Source: Acanthaster planci (taxonomy: Eukaryota). Taken from it: a stretch of 64,000 nucleotides of DNA. Shown piece by piece: positions 1-9,650 of this stretch. Both the position numbers and the translations under genes were made by a program. The first letter of the stretch is position 1; the number at the start of each line of letters is the position of its first letter. A model generated the notes under the pieces. The model was not told where the DNA came from. It worked only from the letters and a program-made list of their open reading frames with translations, and did not search any database. Location of the stretch: NCBI RefSeq assembly GCF_001949145.1, contig NW_019091357.1, forward strand, positions 2,214,114-2,278,113, in the 5' to 3' direction.

Positions 1-295
1 CGATTCCACAAGCTCCTAGCTTGAAAATTCATGAACTCGATTTTATTTCGGTTTTCCGGAGACAGGATACATGATCAGCTTAGCTTACGCGAAACGCTAG
101 CTGTTTGTAACACAACGCTCTTAAAGACATTTCCCCATATTATTTTGCGAAACTTGGGCAGCACCAGATATGGGTGGAGCTTAAAGAATTCAACATTTAC
201 AACTTTTTATAACCATGGTAACTTACAAGGCATAGGAAGTGCGCCACTGTGGACTTGAAATTTCCCTCCAACGTGTACTGAATCACCCATCTTAC

Positions 296-378
296 GCACT
301 GCGTCCAACTGCGCAGGCGCGGCTGCAATCTGGAAATGACGTCAGACGCTGACGAGGATGACGAGCTAATAATGGGAT
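296..378 (-). CDS. Putative downstream exon of the uncharacterised PPxY/PTAP gene (DPIISSSSSSASDVISRLQPRLRSWTQC); may instead read on to the stop at 197
   Basis: Pyrimidine-rich acceptor TGTTTTCGTCTATTTCTAG ends at 379. Phase 1 matches the donor at 682 (G|AT = Asp). Candidate donor TGC|GTAAGA at 295. Confidence 0.5.
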
Positions 379-682
379 CTAGAAATAGACGAAAACAGCA
401 ATTAAGGAATGTAATTTCAGACCTGAGCCGCTTAAAAACCTCAGAGAGTGATATTAACGAACACAAGACGATTTTCTGGAAACTGCGAGTTTAAATAAAT
501 GGAACGGAGATTTGTGAGTGTCAAGTCGATTTGTAAACATTTCTTGGTGGGGAACGTTTCTACCTAAAAGAGTCAATCTTGCGGTTTGACTCTATTCACT
601 GAAAATTGCAAATCCTGATAGAGACAGACTCTCGAAAAAATCCCGTTTAAACAGACTCTTGATTCTTCTCAGGGCTCCTTAC

Positions 683-1110
683 CTGAACTCGCACACCTGT
701 GTGTGTGTCGGGACAGGTTCTCGACATTCCTTGAGGTCGAGGGTGACACTGACGACAACCACAGCGACAGCGTTGAAGAGGTTGCCGGCGGCGACAGGGG
801 CGGGGCCGTGGGCACTACGCGGGAGGAAGAGGAGGAGGTGCTGGCTGCTGTCGAGAAGGAGGAGGGCGGAGCCGACGTCGAGGAGGCAGAGTGGGCGGAG
901 GAGGACGATTCCAACGATGACGTCGAGGTGTCGCTGCCCCAGCTCATCCGGTTAATGCTGCGCCGCCGCTCAGGCCTCGCGACGAGGGCCGTGACCGACT
1001 CGTTGAAGATCTCCTCGTACGAAGGGGGCGCATAGAAGAAGGCGGAGCATTCGCTGTAGGAAGGGGGCGGCTCGTTTGTTGGGTCTGGAGCTGTTTGTGT
1101 CACCTGCCTC
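683..1110 (-). CDS. Internal exon of an uncharacterised Ser/Pro-rich protein with two PPxY motifs (PPPSY, APPSY) and a PTAP motif
   Basis: GC-rich open frame (ORF 669..1136) bounded by acceptor TTTCATCGTTCCGCAG| at 1111 and donor CAG|GTAAGG at 682. 428 nt, phase 2 in and phase 1 out. Confidence 0.7.
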
Positions 1111-2659
1111 CTGCGGAACGATGAAATTAAATCCAATTTTCAAATGCTACATCATTTTCCTGTATTAATTAAGAGCAAAATTTCCTCTGGCTGAAACATT
1201 CCCTTTGCCTGGGACGTCTTGTTCTGTTGTCGCCATCTGTAAAACATTTTGAACCTTACAAAAAAGTCTTCCCTCTTCGGAGACTGTTTCTTGTCAAACA
1301 TCAGTGAAAATTAGCGCCATGACTCACGAAAGACGGCCAAGATTGGATTGTTTTTCCCTATAGGCCTAAACTGAAAGTTAAGTGAGGAGGTGCTCGATTT
1401 ATTACCCTACAAAGTTTCTTATAGCAACGAAGTTAGCCTATTATTTCGTTTGATACATATTTTTGCATGAATTCTGAATGTGGCCTCTGATGCAGTGTTT
1501 AACTATGGAGGTGGTCGCCCAATTCAATCGTGTGCCAACGTTTACACGAGTTGACATTTAAAGTCGTTTAATGCGGCATTCATCAATGTCAACTGCTCCA
1601 ATAAAATCAGGAATGAGTTATGACAAATGCTCGCACTTTGTAATCCCAGCCGGCCACTATTGAGCACACACCGTCGAGTTGGGTTGTAACATGAAAAAAT
1701 AAGACACGAAACTTTTGAACATGTTCGGGACCACCCGCTTTCATAACATTTAAATAACTTCAAAGTCTTGAGAAACAAGTTCCAGTTTAGACTACATCAA
1801 ATCTGAAATCTGTAATTGGCGATAACATTTTCAGTTGTCGACTGCAGTACATCTTCGGAAAGGGTTGGAAGTCATTTGTCATTCATTCATGTATACAAAC
1901 AAACGTTGAAGTGAACAGTTCACTGTCCAACTGTGGCAGCCTCGTCCATTCTTTTCCTACTTCCATGATAATACGCGATGCAGTAGTGAGTGACCAGTTC
2001 ATAATAAACGAAATGGTGCGGTTTTCTCTGACCGTTGTGCATGATCGGCATGATGCAGATAGCTTCGCCCGTGAGTCACGGGTGAGGATTTCCACGAGTG
2101 TCGTAATGTTGTTTGTTGTGGGAACTATAACTACATTAGAGTTTTAGGGTCGGGATGAGTGGAGGGAAGCCAGCGTGGCTAGCCTATAGATTTCAGCGTA
2201 GCATTACCCGGATAGAAGGGCTACCGGATGTGGCGTGCACTGGGTTTTTTGTTTTGGTGGGGGGGGGTGCACTTGTTTAGGATTTTGCGAGACAAAAAAA
2301 AATCGCATATAAGTCTACCTCTTTCAAGTTAAAAAGCCGCGGGTTCTCTGCGTTACAACTAACCATCGAAAAGTTTACCAATGTAACTGTGGAGTTGGTT
2401 TTTTTGCCTGAATATTAAAACAGAGATAGGTCTAGGTTTCCAGTTGCCTTTTTTATAAGATGTCCTGCTAACCTTCCCAAATCTTCACGTACGATCTCTC
2501 CATAATATATTGGGAGGGAAGCCGTAGATGTCACGGTGCTGATACGAATTGTTGAGGTCTTATGCACCACAATCCGGAAATAATATAATTTGTTTTTACA
2601 TCAAAAAAGGAGAACTAACCAGCCTTGCCGTCCTCTAACTTGATTTCAATCCGACTTAC

Positions 2660-2862
2660 CTTTTCTTGTGACGGAGCGGAATTCTGAGTCTTGTGTTGAA
2701 TCGCGTGAGTCCCAAATGATCCATGGTTTGTTGGATGTCGACGTTTCTTGCAGGGTTGATTCGCACCTCAGCAGTTTGCATACGAGTTGAGTTCCAGCCG
2801 CAAAAAAGGGTTCCAGTCCCTGTACCCTTCTGCTCTTGTTTTGGCTCGGGCCTAGCTAGGTT
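2660..2862 (-). CDS. Putative upstream exon of the PPxY/PTAP gene (NLARPEPKQEQ...RLRIPLRHKK)
   Basis: Donor AAG|GTAAGT at 2659. The phase-2 frame is open back to acceptor TTCGATTTCAG| at 2863 and joins exon 683..1110 in frame. In-frame ATGs at 2781 and 2724 could be alternative starts. Confidence 0.4.
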
Positions 2863-3103
2863 CTGAAATCGAACGAGTCACATCCAGGCTTATATAGGCG
2901 TAGCCTGGCAGTCAGACTGTTGACACTGCACGCGCTGATGACCCGTAAATCGTTCGTGACTGCTCGGATTGGCACACTCTCTATTGTTGCGTCGTGTGGA
3001 GCATACGCGGAAGTCACTGGATTCGGGATGCCGGGGGGGGGCTCTTCGTTCTGCGCATAGAGGAGGGAACACCTTTCACATGCCTGGGTGCAAACTTTCA
3101 GAG

Positions 3104-3245
3104 AACTCCTTTGGTGAATACATCGTTCCAAAATGAAATCCCCGAAAAAGAACTCCCTTGGTGCGCGCATCGTTCCAAAATGAAATCCCCGAAAAAAAAC
3201 TCCCTTGGTGAATACATCGTTCCGAAATGAAATTTCCGAAAAAAA
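3104..3245. repeat. Minisatellite, 3 x 47 bp (AACTCCYTTGGTGAATACATCGTTCCAAAATGAAATCCCCGAAAAA)
   Basis: Units start at 3104, 3151 and 3198 with few substitutions. Confidence 0.9.
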
Positions 3246-4098
3246 GTACGATTGATTTTGCCCTGAAACACCGAAATGTTTTCACCCGTCCCTCACAAAT
3301 AATTTCCTGTTCAGGTTTATTGTAGCTGCGTGATCTTTAAAACATTCCTCTCTCAATGCTGAACTAGCGGCAAAGCCGTCTGCGAAATACATCTCCCGAC
3401 GCTGATGCCGATCTTCAGGAGAGCCAATTTTCCTGAACAAAAGGACCGCTGACGATGTGGTTTTGAGAGAAGATGTTGATGTGCAAGGGGAACACTTTAA
3501 GGTCTGCACCAGGCTGACCAAACACATGCTCTCGGCATCAAGGCTGAGCGGGGAGCAGATGAAAACGAAATATGATGTGCACGAACAAAGGGATCTTTTC
3601 AATTTCAACACAGGAAGTGCAAATTGGTTGCATAAAGAGAGCCCCTGTGTTTAGAGCCTGTCAGGGCTTTGCTCTCTGTGTCAATTTCTATGTGTGTGTC
3701 ACTGGGTACAGGTCTCTTTGTACTAAGAGGGACAATTTGTTTGAAAAGTTGAGACCGCGTTGTAGGAACAAAATTTTTGTCCCCGCGAAGTTTTTGATCC
3801 CAATAACGTCAATATATCAATCAACACAGGATACAAAACAAGTACTGGGATAGTTGTTTGACTCCGCTGCCATACGCACACGACCATGTGCTGTCTCTGT
3901 TTACGTTCACCACTGTGGACAGTTTGAAATGACACCTCCCCAACCGGCCCTGCGCACATTTGGTCCCGAATCGTTTTCCTCGGCAGAAATTTCGACTGAA
4001 CATCCCTAATATAAAATACGTCCATTTTCAACAGACATGTACACTTTGAAGATTCCTTAGTTTTGAGTAAATTCCACACATCGGCTTCGTGAAATTCT

Positions 4099-4161
4099 TA
4101 TGGGGTACCGTTTTAGTACCCCACGAATGTTCCCTATGGGGTACTTACCATTGTACCCCAC
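4099..4161. repeat. Two tandem copies of a small hairpin TGGGGTAC-N7/8-GTACCCCA
   Basis: TATGGGGTAC cgtttta GTACCCCAC is followed by TATGGGGTAC ttaccatt GTACCCCAC. Confidence 0.75.
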
Positions 4162-6112
4162 AAAGCACCCTAAACGCACGCAAAATATCCTCGATTGGTA
4201 TTCTGTAAGCAATCATTTCATGTATCGAGACACCTTGCTTTGATACAAACTCAGTCTCAAACTCGCGTTGTATTTTGGTTTTGATGTTTTGTCATGACTA
4301 AGTCTCTTGAGCAGTGCGGATGACTGAAATTTCGGGTAAGTGCTATATATCTGGTGCAGGTGGTTCGGAACCTGAGGGACAAACTGTAGCACTACGCATG
4401 GTCATATTACATGGAAACTGCACCTTTTATGGTGGCGAACTAAAAGGGTTTCTTCACTCCTTGGGACAAGTCTGCAACAAACCACATTGGTGATTAGGTT
4501 TCCTGTTAGGTTCACGCCTAGTTCCCGTCTTGATGGTGGAATGTTCTTAAGAAAATACCCCAAAAGGACGATGAAATTTGAGAGCTCACTATTCCGAACG
4601 TGTCATGAACCGATCTCAGACAAGTTAAACAGTGAAAATGTTGAAGACCCTCTGGCTGAATTTTCGAAGATCTTTTCCACGGTTAATTGAAGTTGTACAT
4701 TTGGTAATTGCGAAAATACCAACTAAAATATTACCTTCGTTGGAAAATCTTATTTCATCCGTGTTCTGAATCACATCCTCAAACATGTCTCGCTTGGATC
4801 TATTTTCGGATCGTGAGCAAGACAGTCTACCCGCGCACAGTGCGGAGGCAGTGTCTGGCTGAACGGCGGGCTACGTGTAACCTTGAGGTGGAGAGCCCAG
4901 TGCCTGGAACGTCTTGCTCGAGACGTTCCGTAATGTTCCTCCTTACAAGGAATCCCGCACCCTAGGGTTACTCAGTGGCGAGCAAGAACTCTCAAGGTTT
5001 CGGCGACCGACAAAATCTGGTCCAAGGTCCCTTCCTTCTGTTGCGTCCAAAGAATTGCAGTTACAACCGCAATTTTATGCGCTGTGGCTGTTGAAATCTG
5101 AGAAATCAGGACAAGCGAACTCTCAGTTTCCTTTCAGTAAAAGAGAACGGTAATATGCCGGAAGAGCTCCGCGTGGTTCCTTATTTGAGGGGAAAGGGTC
5201 ATGCCTGACGAAGCATCAGGAGAGGAAGCCTCGGTATGCTATTTTTTCTCGCCTTGTTCGTGGCCGTGTAACGCCTTCGAACGATTTTATAGACCTACTG
5301 ACGCACGGACAAAGACTTGTCTGTCGACAGGAGCGACCCTTGAAGATAATTTATGGCGCGAAGGAACACACGGACGCCCTCTACTAGCCCGCGAGAAAAG
5401 AGTCCGGGGGGGGGGTTCCAAAGGAGGGAAACACTTGAAAACGCCCCATAAAAATTAAACTCACGTGCACGCAGATAACTTGTCAGGGACCTTTCTGTTG
5501 AAATGATTTTATTCTCAGCAAAGTAAAGTGTGCTTGGTCATAGATTCCGTGCTGCCATAGTCACGGAAAGCTAAAATCGTTTGATGAAAAGTGTTAATTC
5601 GGCCTGCGCTTGAAATCTCCAGTTGTCAAAGTTGTATGAGGACGGTTAATCCCTGGGGCCAGGGATAAAGGGTGAATGAAAGGGTATATGCCATGTCAGC
5701 GGTTATATAATTTCACGTCTTTTGTTTATCAAGCCAACACTTTTCCCGAATCACCCCCACCGAGAGAAATGAACCCATGCCCGCGACAGTATCACTGTCG
5801 CCTTCCAAAATTATTGGAAAATATTACACTTGAGGTATATTTCCTCTGAAGTCCTAGAAATGCAGCAAACCTTCCGAATCAGCCCACTTTGCGGGAGAGT
5901 GACTTTCCACCGTACGATCCACTCCAAACATGACGAAATCAATTGAAGAAGACAATCGGTGTGTGTATAATAAAAACACTCTTTGCTGTTATCAATAGTT
6001 TCGGTTTGTGCGTGTTGCTAGGGTGTTCAATGGAGTTTGGGAGGTTAGCGTGACAGGTGGAATTTTTGGCAAGTTTCAGAGCACCCGAACTAGGCCAATG
6101 ATACACAGCAAC

Positions 6113-6282
6113 ACGGGTGATTCAAAATAGTGCGCCTCCAAGAGTTGGCAACGCGTTGGCCAATCACAATTCGCGAAATCTGTCGACCCAATGCGCGTTT
6201 GGAAAGGGTCGACAAATTTCGCGCGTTGTGATTGGCCAACGCGTTGCCAACTCTTGGAGGCGCACTATTTTGAATCGCCCGT
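6113..6282. mobile_element. Near-perfect palindromic MITE-like element (~170 bp)
   Basis: Arms of ~76 bp (ACGGGTGATTCAAAATAGTGCGCCTCCAAGAG... / ...CTCTTGGAGGCGCACTATTTTGAATCGCCCGT) around a ~16 bp spacer. TA at the right boundary. Confidence 0.8.
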
Positions 6283-7347
6283 ATTCGTACATGAGAGCGC
6301 AACGAAACGCGGGTGCACACCAATCAGTGTGTGTGTGGGGGGTGTCTGTTAGTTTACTCTAGAAATGTGTTAGTGTGAAGTCAGTGACCTATACTTCTAA
6401 CCACGTTAACTACTCCTGATCTGTCGTACACGTTCGACACCTGGGCCACTTTTTTTTTGGCTGAAATCAAGGTTAAATTATGTGGACGGAGAAACGAAAA
6501 GTCATTTCGTGATTCCCGACGTTGTTAGCAAAGAGAATGCAGTGTGCTGCGCAGTGAACAAAAAATGGTCCGATCTAATTCAATGGATGTCTCCGTCATG
6601 CCTGGGTGACTCTCCAGAAGCAGACAATGATATTTCTCGCTGCGATGAGTCCAACCCGTCACGGGTGAACTGCCGGAACAAGAATTCAATTCATCCAAGC
6701 TGTTATAAAGAGAAACTAGCATACTGAGAAACAAGCTTGAAAGTGCACGGAATAAAGCAACCTTGTTTTGCCGCAAAAGAATCAGTGCGCAGAATTTGTT
6801 CCCCAAGGCACTTTGTTTTCGTGTCATTTCTCAAAACTTCAATTTATACATTTTTAATGCTTTTTTCCCCACTTGGCAATCCATCGCTTGATATTATTAC
6901 TACTTATATTCTGGTATCGCACTGCGGTCCGCCACATCCCTTCCCAGTTCCTCTCTTCCTCCTTATTTTGGTCCCCCCCCTTGCCCATCGCTCCCCGCTA
7001 TTTTTAAATCTCTCTTTTTTAGTGGGAGGATGGCCCCGTGCAGACGTTCTAGACACCTGTTCCATCTTGCAACTCGCTGGCTCATTCTTTTTATTCTGGA
7101 TTTTTTTTTGGGGGGGGGTTCTGTAGGGTAAGCTGTAATTTGTAAACATTTTAAGAATAATTTTTGACTTTGTTTATATTCCAATCGTTTTATTTCGGCT
7201 GGCCACTTGAAAGTGTAATAAAACATATGTACGGTTTTCCAAGAATCTCAACGAAGCACTTTGATGCGTTGAGCCGTTTGTTAAAAGATATCTTTTATCA
7301 GCTGCAAGTGCCCATAAGAATATTAATCGGATACGGCCCTGAACACA

Positions 7348-7760
7348 ATGGATTCGGGAGGCTTGTTCTCGTATGTTCATGCACGGCTCGATTAGTCGTT
7401 CATGGGTCTGCTGTTCAAACGCTGGGAACGTACAACTGGTTATCGCTGGTAGTTAGTGGCAAGCAACATGCAACATGGCGACGCCCATACGTTCTTCAGA
7501 GGTTTAATGTTTAGATAACTGGGCTGAATTCTGTTCTATTTAAAGGGATACATCCATTTATGTGTAGTGGAAAATTATAAATGTTAACTTTGCAAAACTT
7601 CTCATTCTCTCCGGCTTTACAAGCCATCTCGCTATTTTTTGCGACTTTTCTTAAATCAAAANNNNNNNNNNTGATCCTGTTCCGAGAACGGTGTTCCCAC
7701 CATTCTGGCGCGAGAACAAAAAACCCGTGTCAAGAACACGCCGTCTGATTCGATCACAGT
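7348..7760. mobile_element. Non-autonomous DNA transposon, copy 1 (diverged; same family as 27371..27854)
   Basis: Colinear similarity to 27371..27854, including TGGTAGTTAGTG, CATGCAACATGGCG, TGGGCTGAATTC, TTTGCAAAACTTC, TGATCCTGTTCCGAGAAC and GTGTCAAGAACA. Confidence 0.75.
7662..7671. other. Assembly gap (10 N)
   Basis: Run of N. Confidence 1.
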
Positions 7761-8160
7761 GGTAGGCAATGAGAAGGGCAAGTGTTGACGTTGGTGGCGC
7801 TATTGAGAGTGGCATTCCGCCCTGTACCCGATGTAAAGTCGGTCGCACCATGGAGGTCGCATCAAGGCCGTTTTTTGTATTGCAGTTTCACGGTCGACGG
7901 ATTCACGTTCAGAGGGCTTTTATTGTGTGTGATGGATTCCTTGTAGGCCAGCTCGTAGGAAATAGATCAGGAATAATCGGAATTGTATTTCGGTTGTGCA
8001 GGTGATTACAAAACGGTGCTGGAATTGTGTGTCCCGAAAACAGATCTTTTCAGTTTACAGCATGCACAGTGATTACCTTTCTCAGTAAACACGCCACCAC
8101 GATGTTCGCCCAAACATGGTATCTCTTGGCCAGTATTATAATAATGATAATAATACAATG

Positions 8161-8341
8161 TATTACCAAAAATGGGTCACTTAGGAGACATTTCTCATAG
8201 GAACGTGACCAAAATTTTTCAAACTTTACCGTCCCACAATTCAATATTCCCATTGGAATGTCTCCCTAATGACCGATGTCTCCCTAATGTTGAAAAATTT
8301 ACCACAAAATTAATGTCTCCCAAGTGACCTATTTGGAAATA
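8161..8341. mobile_element. MITE with ~30 bp terminal inverted repeats
   Basis: Left end TATTACCAAAAATGGGTCACTTAGGAGACATT; right end reverse-complemented TATTTCCAAATAGGTCACTTGGGAGACATT. Internal ATGTCTCCC repeats and TA termini. Confidence 0.7.
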
Positions 8342-8344
8342 TAT

Positions 8345-9650
8345 TAATAATAATAATAATTACGGATGGTAGCTATGTCATCTAAACACAGATGATTTTC
8401 AACGGGTCATCTAACAATATTAAAAATTATATGGAACTAAATTGAGCTATATTAAAACATACAGCAATTAACTATAGAAATGTTCCAATATACATGCACC
8501 ATTAGGAAAATCAATATAGAAAGTTACAGACATGGACTATTAAAAACATCCTAACATGTATCATATTGTAATACAAAAGGACCATATAATTAAAAACAAA
8601 TAGAATTAATGGTGATAAAAAAATCCAAGGGAATGTGGAACTCCCCCCCCAGCTCTAACAAACGCTGAAGTCAACACTCGAGGAAAACCAACCTCGGGAA
8701 TATATTCAAGATTTAAAATACATATGCATCAGAACAGTGTATCCATCCAAAAATTGCGGCCAATGGCGAAAGAATCACACTATAGGTTTTGTTTTAGCCA
8801 CCGGAGTAGCCTCTGCTTAAATGTTTCAACATTCGTAATGGCCTTAAGCTCCCCATCCAGCTTGTTCCAAATTGTAGCACCCCTGTAGCTGAATGATCTC
8901 TGACCCATGGCTGACACATATATAAAAAGTGTTAGCCTAATTGTTTCTTGTGTGATTAGTATGAACCCTGTTGACCGGTGCAAATAAGTCCTTCAAATAT
9001 GAAGGAGCAGTACCATGGACAATATTGAACATTTGCAGAGTCTCAAAATACTCAATTCGATTATCAATAAGATAACCAGCCAAGTTCTTTAAAAGGTTGG
9101 ACTGTACAGCTCTGCCTGGCATCCCTAATATCTAGTATATTTCTGGCATATCGCTTCATCATTACATGGATTTTAAGTAATAATTCTTTCCGACAGTTAC
9201 CCCAGACAATACATCCATAGTTAATAAGTGGTTGTACTAGCCCTCGGTAATAATCTTTTCTAGCTTTCAAGGGAAGGAGGTTTTTGATTTTATTTAATAT
9301 GTGAAGATGCCTTCTAAGCTTCGACCACACATTATTCGACATGAGTCTTCCATGAGAGGCAGTTATCAAAATGAATACCGGGAAGTTTGTGTGATATTCA
9401 CACGAGTTATATCGTGACTGGGCCCTCCAACTAAAAAACCGATCAAATGCAAAGGACATCTTTTACGAGATCCAATCAACATACTTTCTGTTTTGTTTAT
9501 GTTAAGAGCCATCCGATTATCATTTATCCACGCAGAAATAGGATTCATTTGGATTGACAAACTAACACTGATTGCTTCTACATCTTTATCACTTGTATAC
9601 GAAGTCGAATCATCAGCATACATTTCCATATTTTCAGGGAGACATTCCGC
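8345..9650 (-). mobile_element. 5'-truncated, frameshifted non-LTR retrotransposon (CR1/L2-like): C-terminal RT/ORF2, 3' UTR and (TTA)n tail
   Basis: Four overlapping ORF fragments: MYADD...LNINKTESMLIG; KIKNLLP...YYRGLVQPLINYGCIVWG...FKELGWL; MFNIVHGTAPSYLKDLF; QRSFSYRGATIWNKL (stop at 8780). A 3'-terminal hairpin TCATCT-N6-AGATGA precedes the TTA repeats. Confidence 0.9.

Noticed and set aside
703..1035. Acidic + strand ORF (EEEEE...)
   Set aside because: Antisense shadow of the Ser-rich (TCC/TCG) minus-strand exon; the splice signals support the minus strand.
3104..3245. CRISPR-like appearance of the 47-bp repeats
   Set aside because: The units are contiguous with no unique spacers, there are no cas genes, and the context is eukaryotic.
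6090..6362. Mirror-image ORFs on both strands
   Set aside because: Artefact of the palindrome.
6483..6503. TGGACGGAGAA, matching the 5' part of miR-184
   Set aside because: The match stops after 11 nt and no complementary hairpin arm is present.
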